This document shows positions 53,120 through 62,540 of a DNA stretch of 64,000 nt, in pieces (positions within the stretch are counted from its first letter, which is position 1; each line of letters begins with the position of its first letter). The DNA lies in contig OY970340.1 in NCBI GenBank assembly GCA_963717465.1, positions 2,752,001 through 2,816,000 of the forward strand. The letters run 5' to 3'. The position numbers were made by a program, and so were the translations under genes. The notes beneath the pieces are model-generated. The model ran no database searches. It worked only from the letters and a program-made list of their open reading frames with translations, and was not told the DNA's origin. Source of the stretch: Candidatus Bathyarchaeota archaeon (GTDB taxonomy: Archaea > Thermoproteota > Bathyarchaeia > Bathyarchaeales > Bathycorpusculaceae).

Positions 53120-53277
53120 ACAACCGTCATTTCTAAGTATTCTTAAACAATTGTTTTAGATGGTTCTGTTAACTTCATAGGCGATAACTTATCCTGTTAA
53201 TTTTCGGGTGACAAAATAGGGGTTCTGAATGTCCATGTTAACAATCGGGTGATAGGAAATAGTAATCATGGAAAAAG

Positions 53278-53592
53278 CTAAGATGTGGAAACAATGGCAC
53301 CCTTCTTTTGAAGATTGAGAAGAATGTTTGCTACATCTTGTTCTTTTAACCTTAAAACTTTTGATATTTGCTTTTGAGATGCCTGTTCGTTTAACCTTAA
53401 AAAAGCTAAGACTTTTTCGGAATCACTTACTTTTTTCGGAATCAAATGATTTAGCTTTCCATTCAAGTAATAGCCTTTAAAACTAAGACTACAGTTAGAA
53501 CAAATAAAAAGTTTCACCTGATAAATAGAATAAGTCCATTTCTTACTCGGAAGATTTTCAACATTTATTCCACAAAACGGGCATTGCGGCAT
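53278..53592 (-). CDS. Zinc-ribbon plus winged-helix protein
   Basis: CPFC...CSNC then ASQKQISKVL...LQKKGAI wHTH pattern. Confidence 0.65.
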   Translation of the reverse strand: MPQCPFCGINVENLPSKKWTYSIYQVKLFICSNCSLSFKGYYLNGKLNHLIPKKVSDSEKVLAFLRLNEQASQKQISKVLRLKEQDVANILLNLQKKGAIVSTS

Positions 53593-53806
53593 AAATATTT
53601 ATTAAAAATATTCTCAAATAAGTTTTTCTAAATGTTAACTGCCATGAGATAAGTTACTACAATAATAAGAAAAATTAACGATCGTGGAATAGAGATGAGT
53701 AAGGTTTTTTGTGGGTTTTTATCCACTTACGTATTTCGTTGGATAACTCTTATGAGCATTTGTACAAATATAATATCGAAATGACGCTTTCTCTTGGTGA
53801 AATTGT

Positions 53807-54304
53807 TTGAATAAATGGTTTGTTATTCACAATCTTTTATCATATAATCAACACAAGGATTTGGTTGGTAGTGCTGTTAAATCTCAAGGGATATATCAGC
53901 CTAAATCTTCAATTTTTTCTAAAATAAAAAAGGGCGACACTATTGTTTATTATACATCAAAAGATTTTGTTATCGTGGGTATTTTCCAAGTAATTTCTGA
54001 AATCGAATATTTACCCAATGATAAGTTTTGGGGAGAAAAAATGGTTTATGAAATTAAGCCAATTGAAATGCCAATAGATGGTTATTATCTAAATTTCAAA
54101 CAACTACTAAAAAACTCAAAAGTTCAATTTGATTTTATTCCTAACAAGTCCATCTGGGGAAGCTATCTTCAAGGAAGAACCTGTATCTCTCTCAGCATTA
54201 AAGATTTTGCGGTAATACAAGAGGCGCTAACCAACCAAAGCTATCTATGCAGAATCGAAAATTTCAAAATAACCAAAAGTAGCATTAAAACAACAAATCA
54301 ATGA
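53807..54304 (+). CDS. EVE (PUA-like) domain protein
   Basis: KIKKGDTIVYY...IVGIFQV, WGSYLQG, LSIKDFAVI. Confidence 0.75.
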   Translation: MNKWFVIHNLLSYNQHKDLVGSAVKSQGIYQPKSSIFSKIKKGDTIVYYTSKDFVIVGIFQVISEIEYLPNDKFWGEKMVYEIKPIEMPIDGYYLNFKQLLKNSKVQFDFIPNKSIWGSYLQGRTCISLSIKDFAVIQEALTNQSYLCRIENFKITKSSIKTTNQ

Positions 54305-55712
54305 ATTTCTTTCTAGATTCAGTCCATTTATGTTCAGCTATTTTTTCGTATTTTTCTGCTTCCTTAACTTTAGCATCAACTAAACCCAAGATATTCGTTT
54401 GCACTCTCTCATCAGGTATCACTATTTTCATACCTGAAAGGAACCCCTGATTCACTTCAGGAACCGTTGTTCCATTACTAATTTGAGTAAACTGCATTTG
54501 CCCAATGTTTGATCGCAAAAAATAAGTCACAAAATGTGGATTTATAGATTTTCCATTAATTTTTTCTTTGAGTACAACTCTTATGAGATGTGAACTTAAT
54601 ATCAATTCATCAATTGGATATGTCTCATCAACCAGTAAAACCAATCCAGGTGTTCCAGACCTTGAAATTATTAGGTTACCATATTCAAGTTTAATATTTT
54701 TGGTTAAGTCTGATAATTTTGCATCTACTCTTGCAACTTCATCAAGGTTAAGTTTGTTATGCTTTACATCTCCAACTCTTAAGTACGGAGAGCCTTCATC
54801 ATAAAAACTGCGAATTTCTAAACCATTAGTAAAACCTTTTTCTTCATCTATAAGCTCACCAAAGGTAAAAGAGTGGGATGTTTTGCTTATCTCTTCGCTT
54901 AATTCTCGATATTGCTTCATGTTAAAGTTAAAGTCCAATCTATCTTGCATTTGGTCAATTGGCAGAGCATAATATTGGTGGTTAGTGTTCATTGGAACTA
55001 TAATTGAAAGTTTTTCAGGAATGAGAGTGTAAGCTGCTTCAGCCAATAACGACGCCTTCCTTGAATTAAGGATAGCTTCTGATACAAGCTCAGAAACTTC
55101 TTTAACTATATTGTCCTGAATCCCACTTTTAATGTCAGGAACGATGATCGAGAGGTTTAGAAAATCATCTATTCCAAGTCTCGGATAACTACTACCTGTT
55201 AAAATCCACTTGGTTTGAGTTAGCGTGAGTTCGCTTATTAAATATCGTAAAAGAAACTCTGGATTTACCTTGTCATGATTGGGAGTTATAACATATAGTT
55301 CGCTTGAACCAATAGCCTTTTCTTTTTTGACTAAGTGAACCTTGTTTAGGTATGGTCTTAGTCTTCCAAAAACTATATCTCCTTTGTAAAACACGGATGA
55401 TTTACTGAGAATGTCGTTTCCAATCAATTTTTGATATTCAATAATATTTCCTGTTCCTGATTCAATGTCCCCTAGTCCGAGATAACTAAAAAGTTCATTT
55501 GGAGCAACTTTTTTTGGGTCAATTGTTTCATCTCTGACAGTAACAATCTGGTGTAGTGGCAAAATCTCAAAGGATTTTGATTTTGCTTTTCTTGCAAGTT
55601 CTTTTCTAAAAGCGATGTTCTCTGGGTGTTGAGAACCATAGCTTAGAAAATCTCCTTCTATTTGGTCAAAATGTCGATAGTACACTTCAGCGGGAGGTTC
55701 CAGTGAAGTCAA
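54285..55712 (-). CDS. Restriction-modification specificity (HsdS-like) subunit with two TRDs
   Basis: KGDIVFGRLRPYLNK...GSSYPRL and GNLIISRSGTPG...GTTVPEVN, each followed by IIVP/IVIP-Q helices. Confidence 0.85.
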   Translation of the reverse strand: MTSLEPPAEVYYRHFDQIEGDFLSYGSQHPENIAFRKELARKAKSKSFEILPLHQIVTVRDETIDPKKVAPNELFSYLGLGDIESGTGNIIEYQKLIGNDILSKSSVFYKGDIVFGRLRPYLNKVHLVKKEKAIGSSELYVITPNHDKVNPEFLLRYLISELTLTQTKWILTGSSYPRLGIDDFLNLSIIVPDIKSGIQDNIVKEVSELVSEAILNSRKASLLAEAAYTLIPEKLSIIVPMNTNHQYYALPIDQMQDRLDFNFNMKQYRELSEEISKTSHSFTFGELIDEEKGFTNGLEIRSFYDEGSPYLRVGDVKHNKLNLDEVARVDAKLSDLTKNIKLEYGNLIISRSGTPGLVLLVDETYPIDELILSSHLIRVVLKEKINGKSINPHFVTYFLRSNIGQMQFTQISNGTTVPEVNQGFLSGMKIVIPDERVQTNILGLVDAKVKEAEKYEKIAEHKWTESRKKFIDLLF

Positions 55713-57913
55713 GTAATCCCCTTTTTAAGTATTCCTTCATTAAGCCCTAATTTTTCAAATTCTGTTTTACTGAATCGTTCTCCAATGTACGAGGCATGGA
55801 CTTTCTTTTTGAAATCAAAGAAGCGTTTTAGGATGCTATCGCCCATTTCATTATCCAAATCGTTGTCTATGACTCTTCTTCTTGTATCTACACCTACCTT
55901 GTTTGCGTGAGCATAGAAGACTGGTTCTTGTTGAACAGCGTTTGGGTCTTCCTTTTTAATAGCATAGAGGATTGATGTTTTTGTGCTTGTTTTTGACACA
56001 GGAATAAAAGTATCTCTTGTGAGAGAAATGATGGCTTTAATGTAAAAGTTCTTTTTCAGGAAATCTCTGACTGGTTTGTATCGTGTATCATTCAATATTC
56101 CCTCGTCAAGAATTATCAGCAACTTTCCTCCACGCCATTCAATCTTATCGTCTGGGTTTCTAACACTCTTAAGATAATATTTCGAGGCTGTTAAGAACAA
56201 AGAGCCACCCTTCATTTCGCTTCCTGTAATCTTGTATTCAATATTTCCAGACCTGATTTTATACTCAAGTTCGCCAATTCTATCCAGCCAAAAACTCACT
56301 CTTTTACTTAACTTATTGATGTCTGCTTGATTCTTTGATTCGTTAGTTTGACTAAGACGAACTTGATATGTTGCGAGTTTTTCTTTTGCTTCCGTCAATT
56401 TTTCGGCTGTTAAATTCCTACGAGGTATAGTGACCATTCTCATTAATCGATACCCATCTTTAGGCGAATCATACTCTTCCATAGTGTAGCTTACATCACC
56501 AAGAGGTGGATTGGTCAAAATTACATCAATTTTGTTATCATATTGGAACAGCAACAATCCATCTTGGTCTAGTATGTTGGTTTTTCCATCTCCATGAATA
56601 TACATATTCATCTTTGCGAGTTTAGCAACTTGGGTATCGTGATCGTCCCCAAAGAGTTGAGCCTTCTTTATGCCCTTCTCTTTAGCTTTTTTGTCGGGTC
56701 TATCTTGAACCTTGTTTACCATGTCTTCCATTGATTTAATCAAGTATCGTGCCGTCCCACATGCTGGGTCAAGCACAACGTTTTCAGGGTCAAGCTCTGC
56801 CAATTTTACCATGAACCTGACAACGTTTTCAGGTGTGAAGAATTGACCTACAATAACGTCTTTTCCTGAGAGTTTGCCCAGAACTTCATAAGCCGCACCT
56901 AAACCATCAATTTTTTCCTTATAAAATTGGTACTCTTCAAATGGCTCAATAAAATATTTCAGTACAAAAGTATCATTCAAACGGTTTGCTAACCTATCGT
57001 TAGAGTCAAACATTTGAGCTTCTTCTAAGTCTCTATTTTTGGTAATTTGTGTAAACAGTAGATGTATCGCTCTTTTGGTCTTTTCTTGATGGTTAGCTCT
57101 CTGGAAGCTCAGAAAGCCTTCTTTTGTGAACCTGTTTTCCAGCCCTGAGTCGTGTTCTTGTTTTTCTTCGAATAGTTTTATGAATACGAGATATATTACA
57201 TTTCTAATTGCGTTAGTTGATGTTGCTATATGTTTCTTGCGAAGGTCATGAGCGAGAGTTTCTAACCCTTCAACTAAGCTATGCACAGTTTCTTGGTGTT
57301 TTTCCTCTTCCTTCTTTGAGATTGCATCCCTTAGTTGGTCATCGCTTGGAAATAACTTCGCCTGAATAACCTTAAGTATTTCTATATCTCCATCAAATTT
57401 TTCGTATGAACTAAAGAGGTCAATTAACTCTGCAATAGGATACAGGTCTTTGTGAGTATTTGATAGAGCATTAACTATCAGGTCAAAATTGGCAAAGGAC
57501 AAAGGAAGAATTTTCATATCTAGCTTTTGAGAATTTGTTTGATTATGAACTTTTATAAGATGTATAATCCGTCTGGGCGTTTCTGGAGATACATACATTA
57601 CATAGGTCTTTTTTCCGAAAACGGACTTGCTCTTGGTTAGATGATCTTCGATAGAAGCATATTCGTGATCAGCAGCAGTGTTCATCAGTTTAGTTACTTC
57701 TACGTTAATGTGAAATTCATCATTTACAACATCAATATCTGAAGCTCCTCCCTTAGCTGGAGAGTCATGAGAACCATTATGATGTACGTTTAAACCACGT
57801 TTTTCTAAGGCTTTTTTCAGATCTTCTGCTATTATTTGTTCTAATTCAGTTCTTGGATCCAAGTTATCGTATTTAGTCAATTGACGGTACCTCATTGTTT
57901 TTCTTTTCAACAA
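55709..57913 (-). CDS. Nuclease-N6-adenine methyltransferase fusion (Type IIB/IIG-like R-M subunit)
   Basis: N-terminal SDIDV...NVEVTK PD-(D/E)xK-like motif; GQFFTP, VLDPACGT, AKMNMYIHGDG, NPPL. Confidence 0.82.
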   Translation of the reverse strand: MLKRKTMRYRQLTKYDNLDPRTELEQIIAEDLKKALEKRGLNVHHNGSHDSPAKGGASDIDVVNDEFHINVEVTKLMNTAADHEYASIEDHLTKSKSVFGKKTYVMYVSPETPRRIIHLIKVHNQTNSQKLDMKILPLSFANFDLIVNALSNTHKDLYPIAELIDLFSSYEKFDGDIEILKVIQAKLFPSDDQLRDAISKKEEEKHQETVHSLVEGLETLAHDLRKKHIATSTNAIRNVIYLVFIKLFEEKQEHDSGLENRFTKEGFLSFQRANHQEKTKRAIHLLFTQITKNRDLEEAQMFDSNDRLANRLNDTFVLKYFIEPFEEYQFYKEKIDGLGAAYEVLGKLSGKDVIVGQFFTPENVVRFMVKLAELDPENVVLDPACGTARYLIKSMEDMVNKVQDRPDKKAKEKGIKKAQLFGDDHDTQVAKLAKMNMYIHGDGKTNILDQDGLLLFQYDNKIDVILTNPPLGDVSYTMEEYDSPKDGYRLMRMVTIPRRNLTAEKLTEAKEKLATYQVRLSQTNESKNQADINKLSKRVSFWLDRIGELEYKIRSGNIEYKITGSEMKGGSLFLTASKYYLKSVRNPDDKIEWRGGKLLIILDEGILNDTRYKPVRDFLKKNFYIKAIISLTRDTFIPVSKTSTKTSILYAIKKEDPNAVQQEPVFYAHANKVGVDTRRRVIDNDLDNEMGDSILKRFFDFKKKVHASYIGERFSKTEFEKLGLNEGILKKGIT

Positions 57914-58064
57914 TTAGTTTGCCGTCTTTTACGTTAAGTTCGAGTTCTTGACCGCCTTTCCATCCTAGCTCAGAGACAGCTTCTTCAGGAATTACAATCA
58001 CGTGTTTGAACTGTCTCTTTTCTTTGTACTTGTAAGCAAGCTGTTTCTGCAATTTGGCTTTCAT
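57873..58064 (-). CDS. AbrB/MazE-type DNA-binding protein
   Basis: VIVIPEEAVSELGWKGGQELELNVKDGKLIV. Confidence 0.8.
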   Translation of the reverse strand: MKAKLQKQLAYKYKEKRQFKHVIVIPEEAVSELGWKGGQELELNVKDGKLIVEKKNNEVPSID

Positions 58065-58210
58065 TTCGTGGATTCCTCATAATGATCAATCAAGAAGGAA
58101 ACGATTTCTGGGTATGTCAAGCCTTTTTTTCCCCTCAATTCTGCCGCTTTGGGTCCGATTTTGTCCAAGCGTTCTTTGTCTTTTTTTGAGACTCGGATTG
58201 GTTTTGACAG
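58061..58210 (-). CDS. 49-aa ribbon-helix-helix-like protein (CTG start, not in ORF track)
   Basis: LSKPIRVSKKDKERLDKIGPKAAELRGKKGLTYPEIVSFLIDHYEESTK; GAAGGAAG upstream; its TGA overlaps the AbrB ATG. Confidence 0.6.
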   Translation of the reverse strand: MSKPIRVSKKDKERLDKIGPKAAELRGKKGLTYPEIVSFLIDHYEESTK

Positions 58211-58393
58211 TGGCGCTTCCTTCTATTGTGAACAGTGTTTACATCGTAAACTATGGTGACAATGTTTACAGTGTTAACGCTGTGCGCATAGCATTATGGT
58301 ACCATGAGTTTATAAAGTTTCGCAGTATCCACGGCTTTATGGTACCATAAAGTATATATTATTGTGGTACCATAATGGTTAGCGGTAATAAAT

Positions 58394-59515
58394 ATGATGA
58401 GCAACGAAACACTTGAAAAAATCCGTGAAGAAAGAGGTTTAACAATTGCTCAATCCAAAGAATGTCAAGTTAACCATGTTGAAGAGAACTTTTACACGGT
58501 TAAGTCTCAATCGGGAAACGGTGAGTATGCGGTTTATCAGGTTGATGGTGAATGGCACTGTGAATGTCCAGACCACACTTACCGACATTTAAAATGCAAG
58601 CATCTTTTTGCTGTTGAAATTAGCCTAAAAATGAAGGAGCAAGTTAAGCAGAACGTAGTTATTGAACCATTAAGCACTTCTAATTGCGCATTCTGTTGCT
58701 CGGAGAATATAGTGAAGGATGCGGTTCGTCACAACAAGAAGTATGACCTTCAAAGGTACAAGTGTAAGGCATGTGGTAAACGCTTCAGCGTCAACGTTGG
58801 CTTTCAAAATATGAAGGCTTCGCCTCAAGTCATAACAAGCGCTATGCAACTTTATTTTACAGGTGAAAGTTTAAGGAATGTTCAAAAATTCCTCAAGTTG
58901 CAAGGTGTCCAAGTTAGCCATGTTTCAATCCTGAAATGGATTAAGAAGTACACGACTTTAATGACTGATTATGTTCAAAAAATTACCCCTAACGTTTCTG
59001 ACACTTGGAGAGCTGATGAAATGTACATCAAAGTAGCTGGCAACATGAAGTACCTCTATGCTATGATGGATGATGAGACTCGTTTTTGGATTGCTCAAGA
59101 AGTCGCAGAATCAAAAGATAAGCATGATGCACGTGAGATATTCTATCAGGCACGTTGGCTTATGAAGAAACAGCCTAAAACCTTCATAACTGATGGATTG
59201 CCAACTTACAAAACGAATGCAAGACGGATTTTTCCAGAAGCCGAACACATACGGCAAATCACACTCAAAGGTGAACCACACAATAACAAGATGGAACGCA
59301 TGAACGGCGAAGTTAGAGATAGAGAAAAAGTTATGCGGGGCTTAAAGAAAACCGATACGGCAGTTTTGAAAGGTTACCAATTATACCATAATTACATTAG
59401 ACCTCATGAAGCTTTAGATGGTAAAACTCCTAGCGAAGCTTGCGGAATAACTATCGAAGGACAAGATAAATGGAAAACTCTGATAGAAAACGCAAGTAAA
59501 AGTCAGAGTTCATAA
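58394..59515 (+). CDS. IS6-family DDE transposase with N-terminal SWIM and zinc-ribbon domains
   Basis: CECPD...CKH SWIM; CAFC...CKAC; WRADEMYIKV (D), ITDGL (D), NNKMERMN (E); HNYIRPHEAL. Confidence 0.9.
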   Translation: MMSNETLEKIREERGLTIAQSKECQVNHVEENFYTVKSQSGNGEYAVYQVDGEWHCECPDHTYRHLKCKHLFAVEISLKMKEQVKQNVVIEPLSTSNCAFCCSENIVKDAVRHNKKYDLQRYKCKACGKRFSVNVGFQNMKASPQVITSAMQLYFTGESLRNVQKFLKLQGVQVSHVSILKWIKKYTTLMTDYVQKITPNVSDTWRADEMYIKVAGNMKYLYAMMDDETRFWIAQEVAESKDKHDAREIFYQARWLMKKQPKTFITDGLPTYKTNARRIFPEAEHIRQITLKGEPHNNKMERMNGEVRDREKVMRGLKKTDTAVLKGYQLYHNYIRPHEALDGKTPSEACGITIEGQDKWKTLIENASKSQSS

Positions 59516-59826
59516 TCGTTAGAACGGTGAATTACATCAAAAAATATGATTGAATTGTCATCTTTAAGATTACATTGATAACAATTATTGAGATTATGAT
59601 AATTGTATTTTTTACAATCCATGCAATAAGCATAAATTAATCTATAATCGTTAACACGCATTTTCCATTTACCTTGCAAATCTCCAACATATCCAATTTG
59701 TGAGAAAGGGTGTTCGGTTGTCAGTTCATTTACTTGCTCAAGCAACCTTGATTTAAGCAATGCATCTTTTTTTGTTAATTTTTCTAAATGTTTCTTAAAA
59801 GCATCAGTGAAAAAGGCAGTAAACAA
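59503..59826 (-). CDS. RelE/ParE-family toxin
   Basis: FTDAFKKHLEKL, WKMRVNDYRLIY, VIHRSNDY; Cys-rich insertion. Confidence 0.75.
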   Translation of the reverse strand: MFTAFFTDAFKKHLEKLTKKDALLKSRLLEQVNELTTEHPFSQIGYVGDLQGKWKMRVNDYRLIYAYCMDCKKYNYHNLNNCYQCNLKDDNSIIFFDVIHRSNDYEL

Positions 59827-60495
59827 CTAGAACACTTCATCCAATCTTAGCATAGGTTTAGTTTTTGCGCTTTCAGTGGCTTCAACTGTTGATAAGTAGT
59901 TTTCATAATCTAAGTAAACTTCTAACGTGTCTAGTTCTTCAGGTGTAATGTTAAACACGATTTTTGCTTTATTGCTTGGTAGAGGGTATAAAAGAGTTTC
60001 ACCAATCTCAGCATCATCTATTGTCAGGTTTTTCATAAAAGGCTGAGGCATTTTGTGAACTATATCGACAAGGTCATTAGTATTATATTTAGCATATTTA
60101 ACGTTTACAGCAAAAATCTTTCGAGTAAACTCGTTATTTCTTATGAACATATCTTTAAAATCTGCTAACAGTTTTTTGCCGAACCGTTCGTCATGAAATA
60201 GTTTACCCCCGTCACCATATGGTGTTGAACTAATCAATTGTTGCTCTTCTAACCAACCTATATCTTCTTGTAAATCATCACTATATGGACCGAGAGGTAA
60301 TTTCTTAAACTCATAGCTAAAACCACTCTCTTGCTGATTTACCATGTCTAATTCTGAAAGATACGCAAGTTTGTGTGCTTTTGTATCTCCCAACGGCTTA
60401 AGCTTCATTGCGTCATAAAGCAACCACAAAAGCAGTAAACGGTTAGAAAGTGCGGTTTCTGAAATATTATCCAACGTTATCACAGTTATGCACAA
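59827..60495 (-). CDS. Panacea/SocA (DUF4065)-like antitoxin
   Basis: TKAHKLAYL...YEFKKLPLGPYSDDL motif; C-terminal ...PMLRLDEVF tail; directly upstream of the RelE-like gene. Confidence 0.65.
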   Translation of the reverse strand: MCITVITLDNISETALSNRLLLLWLLYDAMKLKPLGDTKAHKLAYLSELDMVNQQESGFSYEFKKLPLGPYSDDLQEDIGWLEEQQLISSTPYGDGGKLFHDERFGKKLLADFKDMFIRNNEFTRKIFAVNVKYAKYNTNDLVDIVHKMPQPFMKNLTIDDAEIGETLLYPLPSNKAKIVFNITPEELDTLEVYLDYENYLSTVEATESAKTKPMLRLDEVF

Positions 60496-60952
60496 CAGAA
60501 TTAGAGATAAACCTTATGTACAGCTAATAAACAAAAACATTAACCCATCACCCGAAAGTTAACAGCTACTTTTCAAGCAACAAAACTATCACCCGAACTT
60601 TAACGGCTTTCTCCATCGCCTATGAAGTTAACAGAACCTTTTAGATAGCTTTCTTAAACTGAACAATTTCAGTTCAATGGGTTGTTTTAAAAAAATTGAT
60701 AATCGTTAAATTTGACAATCCTTTGAGAAGCAAACGCTTAGCGTGACGACTAGCAAGTAGTATGGTGAGAGTATACTTCTCGCATAGTAGCTTCCAATAG
60801 TTGTAAGAAGACAATTGCGCGCTCGCTCGTCATCAAAACTTGTTTTGTATTGAATACATTAAAGCTGGCATATTTCCGTTACATCAATGAAAATAAAGCA
60901 TATTTCGTTAATTCCAACTAGGCGCATTCTCAAAAGGACAATCTAATGCAAC

Positions 60953-61549
60953 TCAATTTTTAACGTGATTAGCGTGCGCGGTAGTGTGCTGCTTTTTTGC
61001 GGCAATTTCTAAACTACGCATTGAGAACTGCTTTAGACAGGTCCTGTTTGTACGAAACACAACGACCTTGGATTCCAAATTTTTAGGTCTGTAACTCATT
61101 ATCGATGGATCGTTCTGCACTTCTTCAAACATTTCCACGAAATCTTCATAACTCTTGTGCACAGATATTCCCACCCAGCTTGTTCCTGTTGAGCCCTGAT
61201 CCTCATAAATGGTTATTATTTCAGGAAAGCGATCTAAAAATGCCGAGAAATTTGAAGGTGGTGCGCGTGTTACCATATCATTAGTTGAGGCGAATGTGAA
61301 GACAATGAACTCAAAGCCTAATTTTTGCAAGTTAGGTATTAATGTGTATTCTTGTATGAAACCCTCTGCCTCTAGTTTTTTTCTTCTTCTAGACAGTGTT
61401 GTATTGCATACGCCCAAAATCTTAGCAATTTTCCTATCACTTCGATTGCCGTGCGCCATCATTGTGTATAAAACTTTTAGGTTTTCAATATACTCCTGTT
61501 CAGACCGATCTCTACTGCTTATCCTTTGTTTAGTCAATTGCTTACTCAT
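60953..61549 (-). CDS. Lrp/AsnC-family wHTH transcriptional regulator
   Basis: RSDRKIAKILGVCNTTLSRRRKKLEAEGFIQEYTLIPNLQKLGF. Confidence 0.85.
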   Translation of the reverse strand: MSKQLTKQRISSRDRSEQEYIENLKVLYTMMAHGNRSDRKIAKILGVCNTTLSRRRKKLEAEGFIQEYTLIPNLQKLGFEFIVFTFASTNDMVTRAPPSNFSAFLDRFPEIITIYEDQGSTGTSWVGISVHKSYEDFVEMFEEVQNDPSIMSYRPKNLESKVVVFRTNRTCLKQFSMRSLEIAAKKQHTTAHANHVKN

Positions 61550-62075
61550 AACGCCTCACACGCAGTAATCTGGTTATAACATGTTGCTTAAATTTTTTTT
61601 CCCTTTTAAATAATTTAAAGCAATAAAATTGCATGAGCAATTTGGTTCCAGAATTTCTTACATATTTTTACGAATTACTCCTAAAATTTTTTTAAAAAAA
61701 ATCAAATACACTTGGTGTATACAAGAATCAACTTCTTATCAGAACATCAGGCACTAATCTTCCTATCTTATAAGCATTTCAAGCCCAATTCAAGCTTGAT
61801 AACACTTAGCTATATGATTGCACTCTCTCAAAATAGGCTGACTTTGAAATTATTTCTTAAATGAACAATAGAAGTGTTATTGAAGAAGAGAGACAAAATA
61901 CTTAATTTTGCTAAAGAAATGATAAACGCACACATAACAATCTTTCTGGTATAGAGTATAGAACACTGTATTTCCGTTATTTTAAAATTACTTGCTTTTC
62001 ATGCCCTGTGATCCAATAATCTACCGTCTAAACTAAAAAAGTGGATTTGTAAAAGCGACGCCCCGTTTATTTTCT

Positions 62076-62474
62076 TTATGGTTGACCTGGAAACTCACTT
62101 TTCAACTCTTGAAAAGCAGTCTGCAATGGTTCTTCTATAGGAGCCAAGAACATGAGATCCTCCACTGTGCCCATTAATACTGCTACGGCTCCTTGTGTAA
62201 ACAGTGATTCAATAGACATTTTACGTGCCCACCAATCAGCAGCATATTTTAGCTTTAAATATTCTATGACTGCATCAGCATTATCAAGTGCACCCTTGTT
62301 TACAAACCACTTGTCATTTTTCGCTCCAACTTGCCATACAACATCAGGAACATCTTTTAGGCGAAGTTCAATTACTATGTTTTGTCCTTTACATGCATCT
62401 TGAACTGACGGGTCCTCACCGAGTTTTGAGTACAACTTGAATACAAAATTTAACAGTTTTTCTTCATAAGACAT
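62076..62474 (-). CDS. SCP2-like lipid-binding domain protein
   Basis: Size and ADAVIE...WWARKMSIESLFTQG..V..G pattern. Confidence 0.6.
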   Translation of the reverse strand: MSYEEKLLNFVFKLYSKLGEDPSVQDACKGQNIVIELRLKDVPDVVWQVGAKNDKWFVNKGALDNADAVIEYLKLKYAADWWARKMSIESLFTQGAVAVLMGTVEDLMFLAPIEEPLQTAFQELKSEFPGQP

Positions 62475-62540
62475 GACCTACCACCTCTTTCTAATTTTTT
62501 ACATATAAAAGAGAAAAAAGATAGCTATTTCAGTTTAGTT

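Larger units (their letters stand above)
53162..60638. mobile_element. IS6-family cargo transposon, 7477 bp
   Basis: Perfect 24-bp TIRs GGTTCTGTTAACTTCATAGGCGAT (53162-53185 / 60615-60638); 8-bp TSD TTTTAGAT (53154-53161 / 60639-60646); one internal DDE transposase. Confidence 0.93.

Noticed and set aside
58054..58350. 98-aa plus-strand ORF in the transposon regulatory region
   Set aside because: Antisense to a better-supported RHH-like ORF and runs through operator-like palindromes
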